In this document: in pieces, positions 25,729 to 38,758 of the stretch | Position numbering within the stretch: the stretch's first letter is position 1 | Layout: each line of letters opens with the position of its first letter | Source of the DNA: Escherichia coli | GTDB lineage: Bacteria; Pseudomonadota; Gammaproteobacteria; Enterobacterales; Enterobacteriaceae | NCBI RefSeq assembly: GCF_044324875.1 | Contig: NZ_CP172185.1 | DNA: 64,000 bases | Strand: one strand, 5' to 3' | The notes under the pieces: generated by a model | Databases searched by the model: none | Told to the model about the DNA's origin: nothing | The model's input: the letters and a program-made list of their open reading frames with translations, nothing else | Position numbers and translations under genes: made by a program

Positions 25729-25760
25729 CGTAGACTCATGTCTACGCCGTATTAATAGAT
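25729..25760 (+). terminator. Hairpin downstream of fldA
   Basis: gcggcgtagactcatgtctacgccg palindrome followed by a T/A-rich stretch. Confidence 0.45.
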
Positions 25761-25923
25761 AATGCCAATCAAAATAATTGCTACAAATTTGTAACTTTTG
25801 CTGTTGTACCTGTACAATGTCCCAGTGTTCAAGTGGCCTTGCCGTTGTAAATGTAAGCAGTGCCACGTTTTTATTAACAATATTTGCCAGGGACTTGTGG
25901 TTTTCATTTAGGCGTGGCAATTC

Positions 25924-25942
25924 TATAATGATACGCATTATC
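25924..25942 (+). promoter_or_regulatory. Fur box-like sequence at the uof/fur promoter
   Basis: tataatgatacgcattatc resembles the Fur consensus GATAATGATAATCATTATC; overlaps the uof start. Confidence 0.5.
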
Positions 25943-26014
25943 TCAAGAGCAAATTCTGTCACTTCTCCTAATGAAGTGAACCGCTTAGTAACAGGACAGA
26001 TTCCGCATGACTGA
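25928..26014 (+). CDS. uof: Upstream ORF of fur (28-aa leader peptide)
   Basis: MIRIISRANSVTSPNEVNRLVTGQIPHD; stop overlaps the fur start by 8 nt. Confidence 0.6.
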   Translation: MIRIISRANSVTSPNEVNRLVTGQIPHD

Positions 26015-26453
26015 TAACAATACCGCCCTAAAGAAAGCTGGCCTGAAAGTAACACTTCCTCGCTTGAAAATCCTGGAAGTTCTTCAGGAGCCGGACAACC
26101 ATCACGTCAGTGCGGAAGATTTATACAAACGTCTGATCGATATGGGTGAAGAAATTGGTCTGGCTACGGTATATCGCGTACTGAACCAGTTTGACGACGC
26201 TGGTATCGTCACCCGCCACAATTTTGAAGGCGGTAAATCCGTATTTGAACTTACACAGCAACATCACCACGATCACCTGATCTGCCTCGACTGCGGCAAG
26301 GTAATCGAATTTAGTGATGATTCCATCGAAGCGCGTCAGCGTGAAATTGCCGCAAAACATGGCATTCGCCTGACTAACCACAGTCTCTATCTTTACGGTC
26401 ACTGTGCCGAAGGCGATTGCCGCGAAGATGAGCACGCGCACGAAGGCAAATAA
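26007..26453 (+). CDS. fur: Ferric uptake regulator
   Basis: 148 aa; Fur-family winged helix plus metal-binding HHHDH/CxxC region. Confidence 0.95.
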   Translation: MTDNNTALKKAGLKVTLPRLKILEVLQEPDNHHVSAEDLYKRLIDMGEEIGLATVYRVLNQFDDAGIVTRHNFEGGKSVFELTQQHHHDHLICLDCGKVIEFSDDSIEARQREIAAKHGIRLTNHSLYLYGHCAEGDCREDEHAHEGK

Positions 26454-26467
26454 GCCAGCCGGAACGA

Positions 26468-26497
26468 GAAAAGCCAACCTGCGGGTTGGCTTTTTTA
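26468..26497. terminator. Bidirectional rho-independent terminator between fur and chiQ
   Basis: aagccaacc-tgcg-ggttggctt stem followed by tttttt. Confidence 0.7.
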
Positions 26498-26536
26498 TAC
26501 ACGGGAAATAAGAAAAGCGAGAGTTACAGCTCTCAC

Positions 26537-26863
26537 TTATTTGTTATTACTGCGAATTTCCTGCCAGACCTTATCACAGTCGGCTTTTACCGCCTGATCA
26601 TTTCCGGTTTGCGTTGCGCGCAGACACTGCTGATAATCCAGTACGCGTACACTTTCCTGGTCGGCAAACTGCTGATGTTGTTTCTCTTTCTTCAGCACGT
26701 TTAACACGCTCTGGCAGGCTTCAATTTTTTCTGGCGAACCTTGTGCGGTGTTGATACAGGCGCTGTATGCCTCTTTCAGACGGCTGTCTTCCTGTGGCGC
26801 GGTTGATTGCGCACAAGCCACCAGCCCCGATGCCATCATGGCGATGAGAATCAGTTTTTTCAT
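26537..26863 (-). CDS. chiQ: Lipoprotein ChiQ
   Basis: 108 aa; lipobox LVAC; directly downstream of chiP. Confidence 0.8.
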   Translation of the reverse strand: MKKLILIAMMASGLVACAQSTAPQEDSRLKEAYSACINTAQGSPEKIEACQSVLNVLKKEKQHQQFADQESVRVLDYQQCLRATQTGNDQAVKADCDKVWQEIRSNNK

Positions 26864-26912
26864 AGCAAATTCCTCAAACGTGCGGCAGGCACAAAACCTG
26901 CCGCGTCGGGCA

Positions 26913-28319
26913 TCAGAAGATGGTGAATGGTGCGATTACCATAAATTTCACGTCACGCTCATCCTGGAAGATGTTGCCGTAACCACCGCCCCAGCTTGGG
27001 ATGTCGGAGTGGTTGTCGTATTCGGTGAAGTGCAGTTTGAACATCGTGCCTTTGGCGCGACCGTCCTGAATGGTGTAGACCGCATCCAGGCTGTAGGCAG
27101 ACTCTTCAATAGTCCGGTTTTTGTCGTAGTACGCATCCGGATTGCTCTGCCAGGTAGCGGGTTTAGCATCCCATGCGTAAACGTAGGAAGCGCCGATGGC
27201 GAAGCCTGGAAGATTCCAGTTTTTCAAGTCATACATCGCACCGAAGAAGACCGCTTTTTCGCCGTTGGCGTTGAAGTCGGAACGGTTATCCCACCAGATA
27301 TCCAGGCGACCGTTCGAGGAAGCGTAGGTTGGAGTCATACGTTGCAGGAAGTATCCCTGCTGACCGTCAGCCTTAACCCAGGTGCCTTCGAGGCGCAAAT
27401 CCACTACGTCAGCCGCCCGGTAACCAAAGGTCAACGCTTGCAGCCAGGCGGTGCCGTCATAAAGATCGTTGACGCTGCGATCGTCAACTTTATCGCGCGT
27501 ACCGTAGAACTGGTAGCTGGTGGTTAACGGGCTACCGGCGATATCAAATTTGTAGCTGGCTTTGGCAAAATATTGATCGATATACCCTTCCGCCTGACCA
27601 AATGCCGCTTCCAGTACGAAGTTATTTTTGAAGTCGTATTTCGCACCGATGGAGTGCAGATAATCAACTTTGGTGGTTTTATCGTTCTGATAAAACTCAT
27701 CCATTTCCAGATGCCACGGTGCTTTGTATTCGTTGGTCCACATGTAGGAGAAACTCAACGCACCAGCATCGCCGTAATCAAAATTCGCCCCGGCTTCCGC
27801 CCCCTGATAAGTACCCGGCATAAAGCTCCAGTGCGGCGCTAACAGCGTTTGACCAGTTGGCTGAATGTAACCTGCCCTCGCCCAAACCGGACCGTATTTA
27901 AATTTGGCCGCTGCTTTATACAGGCTTATACCGCTTTTGTCGCCGGACCAGTCTTCGTCATAGGCTTTATTGCTTTTTGAAAACGCGATTTCGTTCGGGT
28001 GAGAGCTGTCACCGTTTTCCGCCATTTCAATCGCCGTAAACGCAGCAATATCAAGGCCGAACATATCAGCAGCATAACCAGACTGAAAATCGAGGTTGGC
28101 GTTCCAGGTGGAGTGAGAAAGGTTGGTTTTGTATTTGTCGCCGTCGGTAACATCTTTACGGTCGCGTTCACGCTGCCAGTAATAGATACCGCCGGTTAAG
28201 GTTGAATCGTCGATAAATCCTTCGGCGCGAGCCTCCGGCATTGCCATAAAGCCCGACATTGCTGTAACACCGGCGATAGCCAGCGCCAGCGTACTACGTT
28301 TGCCACTAAACGTACGCAT
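26913..28319 (-). CDS. chiP: Chitoporin (outer-membrane porin, OprD family)
   Basis: 468 aa; signal peptide; beta-barrel with C-terminal aromatic residue (...PFTIF). Confidence 0.9.
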   Translation of the reverse strand: MRTFSGKRSTLALAIAGVTAMSGFMAMPEARAEGFIDDSTLTGGIYYWQRERDRKDVTDGDKYKTNLSHSTWNANLDFQSGYAADMFGLDIAAFTAIEMAENGDSSHPNEIAFSKSNKAYDEDWSGDKSGISLYKAAAKFKYGPVWARAGYIQPTGQTLLAPHWSFMPGTYQGAEAGANFDYGDAGALSFSYMWTNEYKAPWHLEMDEFYQNDKTTKVDYLHSIGAKYDFKNNFVLEAAFGQAEGYIDQYFAKASYKFDIAGSPLTTSYQFYGTRDKVDDRSVNDLYDGTAWLQALTFGYRAADVVDLRLEGTWVKADGQQGYFLQRMTPTYASSNGRLDIWWDNRSDFNANGEKAVFFGAMYDLKNWNLPGFAIGASYVYAWDAKPATWQSNPDAYYDKNRTIEESAYSLDAVYTIQDGRAKGTMFKLHFTEYDNHSDIPSWGGGYGNIFQDERDVKFMVIAPFTIF

Positions 28320-28674
28320 GGGTTAATCCTCTTTGACGTATAAATTGCTGCACCAAAGGTGAACAGCGAAAAAAATAAAAATTAAAAAAGTAGCGTTGAG
28401 AAAAGTCTCGCTGACTACAGGAACAGACTATTTTTCGCGACGCGAATTATCAATCTCTTTCTGTAACCAGAATGTAAGAACATGAGCAACCGCACATATT
28501 TTGATGATTTTTGTTACAGGGCTTAAGTTTGCGGTTGAAAGGCTTGCAGAAGAATAAAAGCGTGAATTTCCAGCAAGATGAAAGCGGTTACATTTTATTT
28601 AATTATGTTTTGTTATTTTAAATTTATTTTATGGATAAATTGCGAAGCGGAATTAATTCGCGAAGAAAAGCAGA

Positions 28675-28702
28675 AAAAACGCCGCTGAACGCGGCGTTTT
28701 GG
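28675..28702 (-). terminator. Hairpin terminator downstream of glnS
   Basis: aaacgccgc...gcggcgttt stem with T-run on the minus strand. Confidence 0.5.
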
Positions 28703-28720
28703 ATTGTTTGCATATTTCTT

Positions 28721-28887
28721 GCCGGATGCGGCGTGAACGCCTTATCCGGCCTACAAAAGCACGCAAACTCAATATATTGCAGAGATCATGTAGGCCTGAT
28801 AAGCGTAGCGCATCAGGCAATTTAGCGTTTGAAACTGTTTGTCTGTTCCTTGCCGGATGCAACGTAAACGCCCCATCCGGCATAGCG
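28721..28887. repeat. BIME cluster (three REP units)
   Basis: Three gccggatgc...-type REP palindromes in alternating orientation. Confidence 0.8.
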
Positions 28888-28897
28888 AAACTTAAAA

Positions 28898-30562
28898 TTA
28901 CTCGCCTACTTTCGCCCAGGTATCACGCAGCCCAACGGTGCGGTTAAATACCGGTTTTTCCGCCGTAGAATGGCGGCTATCGAGGCAGAAATAACCTTCA
29001 CGCTCAAACTGGAATGCTTTACCCGCTACCGCGTCTTTCAGAGACGGTTCAGCAAAGCCCTGTTTGATCACCAGCGATTCCGGGTTAATCACCGACAGGA
29101 AATCATCCGCAGCACCAGGGTTCGGCACGCTGAAAAGACGGTCGTACAGGCGGATTTCAACCGGCAGCGCATGTGCCGCGCTCACCCAGTGAATAACGCC
29201 TTTCACTTTACGACCATCTGCCGGATCCTTGCTTAAGGTGTCGGCGTCATAAGTACAGAAGATGGTGGTGATATTGCCTTCGGCATCTTTCTCCACGCGT
29301 TCAGCCTTAATGACGTAAGCATTACGCAGACGCACTTCTTTACCCAGCACCAGACGTTTGTACTGCTTGTTAGCTTCTTCGCGGAAATCGGCGCGGTCGA
29401 TCCAAATCTCACCGCTAAACGGCACCTGACGGCTACCCATTTCCGGTTTGTTCGGATGGTTCGGCATGGTGACCATTTCGCCTTCGCCCTGATAGTTTTC
29501 GATAACCAGTTTCACCGGATCGATAACCGCCATTGCGCGCGGCGCATTTTCGTTGAGATCTTCACGGATGCAGGATTCCAGCGACGCCATCTCAATGGTG
29601 TTGTCCTGCTTGGTCACGCCGATGCGTTTGCAGAACTCACGAATAGAAGCCGCAGTGTAACCACGACGACGCAGACCGGAAATGGTCGGCATACGCGGGT
29701 CATCCCAGCCTTCAACGTGCTTGTCGGTCACCAGCAGGTTCAGCTTACGCTTGGACATCACGGTGTATTCCAGATTCAGGCGCGAGAATTCGTACTGGCG
29801 CGGGTGAACAGGAATGGTGATGTTGTCCAGTACCCAGTCGTACAGACGACGGTTGTCCTGGAACTCAAGCGTACACAGAGAGTGCGTAATACCTTCCAGC
29901 GCATCGCTGATGCAATGGGTGAAGTCGTACATCGGGTAGATGCACCACTTGTTGCCAGTCTGGTGGTGTTCAGCAAATTTAATGCGGTACAGCACCGGAT
30001 CGCGCATTACGATAAATGGCGACGCCATGTCGATTTTCGCACGCAGGCAGGCTTTACCTTCTTCAAAACCACCGGTACGCATTTTTTCGAACAGCGCCAG
30101 GTTCTCTTCAACGCTGCGGTCGCGGTACGGGCTGTTTTTACCCGGCTGCGTCAGGGTGCCGCGGTATTCGCGGATCTGTTCCGGTGTCAGTTCATCAACG
30201 TACGCCAGGCCTTTATTGATCAGTTCGATCGCATAGGCGTGGAGCTGATCAAAATAATCGGAGGAGTAACGGACGTTACCAGACCAGTGAAAACCTAACC
30301 ACTCAACGTCGTTTTTGATCGACTCAACATACTCGATATCTTCTTTTACCGGGTTAGTGTCGTCGAAACGCAGGTTGCACTGGCCTTTATAGTCCTGGGC
30401 GATCCCGAAGTTCAGGCAGATAGATTTCGCATGGCCAATATGCAGATAGCCATTCGGCTCCGGCGGGAAACGGGTGTGTACTGTGGTGTGCTTACCACTG
30501 GCCAGATCTTCATCGATGATCTGACGAATAAAGTTAGTCGGGCGGGCTTCTGCCTCACTCAT
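28898..30562 (-). CDS. glnS: Glutaminyl-tRNA synthetase
   Basis: 554 aa; class I aaRS HIGH motif (HIGH) and KMSKS-like motif (VMSKR). Confidence 0.95.
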   Translation of the reverse strand: MSEAEARPTNFIRQIIDEDLASGKHTTVHTRFPPEPNGYLHIGHAKSICLNFGIAQDYKGQCNLRFDDTNPVKEDIEYVESIKNDVEWLGFHWSGNVRYSSDYFDQLHAYAIELINKGLAYVDELTPEQIREYRGTLTQPGKNSPYRDRSVEENLALFEKMRTGGFEEGKACLRAKIDMASPFIVMRDPVLYRIKFAEHHQTGNKWCIYPMYDFTHCISDALEGITHSLCTLEFQDNRRLYDWVLDNITIPVHPRQYEFSRLNLEYTVMSKRKLNLLVTDKHVEGWDDPRMPTISGLRRRGYTAASIREFCKRIGVTKQDNTIEMASLESCIREDLNENAPRAMAVIDPVKLVIENYQGEGEMVTMPNHPNKPEMGSRQVPFSGEIWIDRADFREEANKQYKRLVLGKEVRLRNAYVIKAERVEKDAEGNITTIFCTYDADTLSKDPADGRKVKGVIHWVSAAHALPVEIRLYDRLFSVPNPGAADDFLSVINPESLVIKQGFAEPSLKDAVAGKAFQFEREGYFCLDSRHSTAEKPVFNRTVGLRDTWAKVGE

Positions 30563-30689
30563 CGTGGATTCCTCAAAGCGTAAACAACGTATAACGGCGT
30601 ATGATCTTATAAGCGGGACAGGCTGACAACTGTTAGTTAGTGAAAATCGAAAATCTCACTGAGATTATGGGGATGATTGATGAAAAAAA

Positions 30690-30756
30690 AAGCGGCAGAG
30701 AAGATCTCCACCGCTTGTCATTGTTGGATGCGACGCTCAAGCGTCGCATCAGGCAT
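30690..30756 (-). terminator. REP unit plus hairpin downstream of nagE
   Basis: ggatgcgacgctcaagcgtcgcatcaggcat REP, then agcgg...ccgct hairpin with a 9-nt T-run on the minus strand. Confidence 0.5.
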
Positions 30757-30764
30757 AAAGAAGA

Positions 30765-32711
30765 TTACTTTTTGATTTCATACAGCGGCGTTTGACCCGC
30801 CACGACATGGCCCTGAGCTTTAATGATCAAGCCACTGAAATCGTCGATATTGCTGCAAACCACCGGGCTAATCATCGAGCGGGCGTTAGCGTTCAGGTAA
30901 TCCAGATCCATTTCCAGAATCGGTTGCCCTGCGCTTACCTGCGCGCCCTCTTCCACCAGACGTTTAAAGCCTTTACCTTCCAGCGCTACGGTGTCGATAC
31001 CCATATGGACGACGATCTCCGCGCCTTTTTCGGTTTCCAGGCAGAACGCGTGGTTGGTATTGAAGATTTTCACGATTGTCCCTGCGGCTGGTGATACGAC
31101 GATTTTATCTGTCGGTTTCACCGCCACACCGTCACCCACCGCTTTGCTGGCGAATGCTTCGTCAGGAACCTGATCCAGTGCCACAACATCACCGGTAATC
31201 GGCGATACCAGCTCCGCGATAGACACCGCGTTTGGTACAGCCTGCGGTTTTGCTACAGGAGCGGCAGTTGCCGGAGTTGCTTCAGCTGACGCAGCGGCTA
31301 CCGGACCACGGGCAACAACTTTCTTCATTGCATCGCCAATGGATTCCGCTTTCGCGCCAACAATCACCTGAATAGTCTGTTTGTTCAGTTTCACTACCCC
31401 AGAAGCACCCAGCCGTTTACACATCGCATCGTTGACGCGAGCCGAGTCAACCACGGTCAGGCGCAGACGAGTAATACAGGCGTCAATTGCTTTCAGGTTG
31501 TCAGTACCGCCAACCGCAGCAATATAGTTGGTCGCCAGTTGAGTCAGACCTTCTTCCGTGTTGCTGTTGGCTTCTTCAGTAACGATCTCGTCTTCTTTAT
31601 CTTCACGGCCCGGCGTTTTCAGGTTGAACATACGGATAACCAAACTGAACACCACGAAGTAGATAGCGAAGAAGACAACACCCATCACCAGCAGCATCCA
31701 GACGTTCTGGCTGGCGGCCGGCAGGTTATACATCAACGCGTAGTCGATAGCCCCCGCAGAGAAGGAGAAGCCCGCGTGGATACCCAGCAGCGTTGCCACA
31801 AACAGGCTGATACCGGTCAGCAGTGCGTGCAGGAGGTACAGCAGCGGCGCAAGGAACATGAACAGGAATTCCAGCGGCTCAGTCACACCGGTCAGGAACG
31901 CAGTAACAGCAACAGAAAGCAGCATACCGCCAACCATCGGACGACGCTCTTTCGGTGCTGCAAAGTACATCGCCAGCGCCGCACCCGGCAGACCGAACAT
32001 CATGATCGGGAAGAAGCCGGACATGAACATCCCCGCGGTGCCGTCACCGGCATAGAAGCGGTTAATGTCGCCGTGGAAAACCGTACCCGCCGCGTTGGTG
32101 AATTCACCAATCTGGAACCAGGCGATGGTGTTCAGTACCTGATGCAGACCGGTTGGGATCAGCAGACGGTTGATGAAACCAAAGATACCGGAACCCAGCG
32201 CGCCCGCAGAAACGATCCACTCGCCGCCTGCATGGATAGCGTGCTGTACCGGCGGCCAGACGTAACCAAAAATGGCCGCCAGCACCAGGCAGAAGAAGCC
32301 GGTGGCAATCGGCACAAAGCGTTTGCCGCCGAAGAAGCTCAGGAAGTCAGGCAGTTTAATATCGGACCAACGGTTATAGGCTGCGCCACCAACCAGACCG
32401 GTAATGATACCCGCCAGTACACCCATGTTAATTTCTGGGTTGATGGTCACCATCGCTTTGGTTAACACAAAGTAACCTACCGCACCCGCCAGCGCCGCCG
32501 CACCCGCGCTGTCTTTCGACCAGCTGGATGCCACACCGATGGCGAAGATTAATGCGAGGTTATCAAAAATCGCACCGCCCGCCTGGGCAATAAACGCAAC
32601 GTTAAGTAAATCTGGCTGACCGAATCGCAGCAACAGCGCCGCCACCGGCAGCACCGCGATAGGGAGCTGTAACGCCCTACCGAGTCGCTGGAAAAAACCT
32701 AAAATATTCAT
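30765..32711 (-). CDS. nagE: PTS N-acetylglucosamine transporter EIICBA
   Basis: 648 aa; EIIC membrane domain with EIIB and EIIA domains at the C-terminus. Confidence 0.95.
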   Translation of the reverse strand: MNILGFFQRLGRALQLPIAVLPVAALLLRFGQPDLLNVAFIAQAGGAIFDNLALIFAIGVASSWSKDSAGAAALAGAVGYFVLTKAMVTINPEINMGVLAGIITGLVGGAAYNRWSDIKLPDFLSFFGGKRFVPIATGFFCLVLAAIFGYVWPPVQHAIHAGGEWIVSAGALGSGIFGFINRLLIPTGLHQVLNTIAWFQIGEFTNAAGTVFHGDINRFYAGDGTAGMFMSGFFPIMMFGLPGAALAMYFAAPKERRPMVGGMLLSVAVTAFLTGVTEPLEFLFMFLAPLLYLLHALLTGISLFVATLLGIHAGFSFSAGAIDYALMYNLPAASQNVWMLLVMGVVFFAIYFVVFSLVIRMFNLKTPGREDKEDEIVTEEANSNTEEGLTQLATNYIAAVGGTDNLKAIDACITRLRLTVVDSARVNDAMCKRLGASGVVKLNKQTIQVIVGAKAESIGDAMKKVVARGPVAAASAEATPATAAPVAKPQAVPNAVSIAELVSPITGDVVALDQVPDEAFASKAVGDGVAVKPTDKIVVSPAAGTIVKIFNTNHAFCLETEKGAEIVVHMGIDTVALEGKGFKRLVEEGAQVSAGQPILEMDLDYLNANARSMISPVVCSNIDDFSGLIIKAQGHVVAGQTPLYEIKK

Positions 32712-32832
32712 CTTATTCCCCCTACGAGAACCCTATTTGGCTCGTTTAAAGCCGTATTTTTATTTTGCTGCAAATTGTACTGCCGATGTTCTGTAATCAG
32801 ATTGTTAGATCATCTGCTACAGAGTGTGTGAA

Positions 32833-32950
32833 AATTTAATTCGTATCGCAAATTAAAAGCGTGTCTTTTGTGAGTTTTGTCACCAAATATCGTTATCATC
32901 ACTCCCTTTTACTGGCTAAACCAGAAAACTTATTTTATCATTCAAAAAAT
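32833..32950. promoter_or_regulatory. Divergent nagE / nagBACD control region with two NagC-operator candidates and a CRP site
   Basis: Palindrome tttaattcgtatcgcaaattaaa (32833-32857); CRP-like TGTGA-N6-TCACC (32869-32884); cttattttatcattcaaaaaat (32929-32950) near the nagB start. Confidence 0.55.
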
Positions 32951-33043
32951 CAGGTCGGATTGACGCCTGTCTGCGCAAATCCAGGTTACGCTTAAAGATG
33001 CCTAATCCGCCAACGGCTTACATTTTACTTATTGAGGTGAATA

Positions 33044-35052
<2,009 letters not shown>

Positions 35053-35060
35053 GAGAAAGT

Positions 35061-36281
35061 ATGACACCAGGCGGACAAGCTCAGATAGGTAATGTTGATC
35101 TCGTAAAACAGCTTAACAGCGCGGCGGTTTATCGCCTGATTGACCAGTATGGGCCAATCTCGCGGATTCAGATTGCCGAGCAAAGCCAGCTTGCCCCCGC
35201 CAGCGTAACCAAAATTACGCGTCAGCTTATCGAACGCGGGCTGATCAAAGAAGTTGATCAGCAGGCCTCCACCGGGGGCCGCCGCGCTATCTCTATCGTC
35301 ACCGAAACCCGCAATTTCCACGCAATCGGTGTACGGCTTGGTCGTCACGACGCCACCATTACTCTGTTCGATCTCAGTAGCAAAGTGCTGGCAGAAGAAC
35401 ATTACCCGCTGCCGGAACGTACCCAGCAGACGCTGGAACATGCCCTGCTGAATGCCATTGCTCAGTTTATTGATAGCTACCAGCGCAAGCTGCGCGAGCT
35501 GATTGCTATTTCCGTGATCCTGCCAGGGCTTGTTGACCCGGACAGCGGCAAAATTCATTACATGCCGCATATTCAGGTAGAAAACTGGGGGCTGGTAGAA
35601 GCACTGGAAGAGCGTTTTAAAGTGACCTGTTTTGTCGGCCACGATATCCGTAGTCTGGCGCTGGCAGAGCACTACTTCGGTGCAAGTCAGGATTGCGAAG
35701 ACTCCATTTTAGTGCGTGTCCATCGCGGGACCGGGGCAGGGATTATCTCTAACGGGCGCATTTTTATTGGCCGCAACGGTAACGTCGGTGAAATTGGCCA
35801 TATTCAGGTCGAACCGCTGGGTGAACGCTGCCACTGCGGCAACTTTGGCTGCCTGGAAACTATTGCTGCCAACGCTGCTATTGAACAACGGGTGTTGAAT
35901 CTGTTAAAGCAGGGCTACCAGAGCCGCGTGCCGCTGGACGACTGCACCATAAAAACTATCTGCAAAGCTGCGAACAAAGGCGATAGCCTGGCGTCGGAAG
36001 TGATTGAGTATGTGGGTCGTCATCTGGGCAAAACCATCGCCATTGCGATCAACTTATTTAATCCGCAAAAAATTGTTATTGCCGGTGAAATCACCGAAGC
36101 CGATAAAGTGCTGCTCCCTGCTATTGAAAGCTGCATTAATACCCAGGCGCTGAAGGCGTTTCGTACTAATCTGCCGGTGGTACGTTCTGAGCTGGATCAC
36201 CGCTCGGCAATCGGCGCTTTTGCGCTGGTAAAACGCGCCATGCTCAACGGTATTTTGCTCCAGCATTTGCTGGAAAATTAA
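35061..36281 (+). CDS. nagC: NagC transcriptional regulator (ROK family)
   Basis: 406 aa; N-terminal HTH plus ROK sugar-kinase-like domain with CxCGxxGC motif. Confidence 0.9.
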   Translation: MTPGGQAQIGNVDLVKQLNSAAVYRLIDQYGPISRIQIAEQSQLAPASVTKITRQLIERGLIKEVDQQASTGGRRAISIVTETRNFHAIGVRLGRHDATITLFDLSSKVLAEEHYPLPERTQQTLEHALLNAIAQFIDSYQRKLRELIAISVILPGLVDPDSGKIHYMPHIQVENWGLVEALEERFKVTCFVGHDIRSLALAEHYFGASQDCEDSILVRVHRGTGAGIISNGRIFIGRNGNVGEIGHIQVEPLGERCHCGNFGCLETIAANAAIEQRVLNLLKQGYQSRVPLDDCTIKTICKAANKGDSLASEVIEYVGRHLGKTIAIAINLFNPQKIVIAGEITEADKVLLPAIESCINTQALKAFRTNLPVVRSELDHRSAIGAFALVKRAMLNGILLQHLLEN

Positions 36282-36328
36282 TGTGCTTTTATAGTGGCGC
36301 TTATTGTTGTCAATATTCTGGGTAGTCC

Positions 36329-37082
36329 ATGACCATTAAAAATGTAATTTGCGATATCGACGGCGTGCTGATGCACGATAACGTCGCCGTACCGGGTGCA
36401 GCGGAATTTTTGCACGGGATTATGGATAAAGGCCTGCCGCTGGTGTTGCTGACCAACTATCCTTCGCAGACCGGGCAAGATCTGGCGAACCGCTTTGCCA
36501 CTGCCGGTGTCGATGTACCTGACAGCGTGTTTTATACCTCTGCGATGGCGACCGCCGATTTCCTGCGTCGCCAGGAAGGCAAGAAAGCGTATGTGGTGGG
36601 CGAAGGCGCACTGATTCATGAACTGTACAAAGCCGGTTTCACTATTACCGATGTGAACCCTGATTTTGTGATTGTTGGCGAAACGCGTTCCTACAAACTG
36701 GGACATGATGCATAAAGCAGCCTATTTCGTCGCTAACGGTGCACGTTTTATCGCCACCAACCCGGACACCCACGGGCGCGGTTTTTATCCGGCGTGTGGT
36801 GCGCTGTGTGCGGGGATCGAAAAAATCTCCGGACGTAAACCGTTCTATGTTGGTAAGCCGAGTCCGTGGATCATCCGCGCAGCATTAAACAAAATGCAGG
36901 CGCATTCGGAAGAAACGGTGATTGTCGGCGATAACCTGCGTACCGATATTCTGGCGGGCTTCCAGGCCGGTCTGGAGACGATTCTGGTACTCTCCGGCGT
37001 TTCGTCGCTCGACGATATCGACAGTATGCCATTCCGCCCCAGCTGGATTTACCCATCGGTCGCCGAAATTGACGTTATCTGA
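36329..37082 (+). pseudogene. nagD: HAD-family UMP phosphatase NagD/UmpH, interrupted by a +1 frameshift
   Basis: Two overlapping ORFs (36329..36715 and 36672..37082) cover the N- and C-terminal halves of one HAD protein; the frame changes in an AAA run at about 36695-36697. Confidence 0.7.
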
Positions 37083-37133
37083 ATACCACCCACGTCTGCG
37101 GACGTGGTTGGCTCTGATGACAAGCGCCAAACT

Positions 37134-38442
<1,309 letters not shown>

Positions 38443-38475
38443 GCAGCTCCTGCAATATATTGAATTTTCATGCTT

Positions 38476-38512
38476 TTGTAGGCCGGATAAGGCGTTCACG
38501 CCGCATCCGGCA
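38476..38512. repeat. REP unit (right-flank half of the BIME split by the IS)
   Basis: gtaggccggataaggcgttcacgccgcatccggca preceded by the BIME linker tgcaatatattgaa. Confidence 0.75.
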
Positions 38513-38758
38513 TGAACAAATCGCACTTTGTCAGCAATTTGGCCCCCGTAAAATATAACCATTCAATAAAACCCGCTAAAAATTATCGATTCATCAATAA
38601 ATACATCCTTACACCAGACCTTTTTTCACCAATCGACAATCACCATTACGTTTTTTATTTTTTCACCGCCAAATCGCTTGCGCACAGTGCTGCTTTGCGG
38701 CATTTTTTTAAACAAGCAAACACAACAAGCAACAAATACCAGGTTAACGGAGAAGGTT

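Noticed and set aside
28631-28947. Small ORFs translating to ...GCGVNALSGLQKHANSIYC... and similar
   Set aside because: These are translations of REP/BIME repeats. Similar pseudo-ORFs occur at 21287..21571 and 38209..38562.
29456-30298. 280-aa ORF on the plus strand
   Set aside because: Antisense shadow ORF inside glnS.
31539-32465. 308-aa ORF on the plus strand
   Set aside because: Antisense shadow ORF inside nagE, with low-complexity H/R/Q-rich composition.
37087-37110. Palindrome cacgtctgcggacgtg after nagD, considered as a terminator
   Set aside because: It is a hairpin without a following T-run, directly next to the REP and IS junction. It is more likely part of the repeat context than a dedicated intrinsic terminator.
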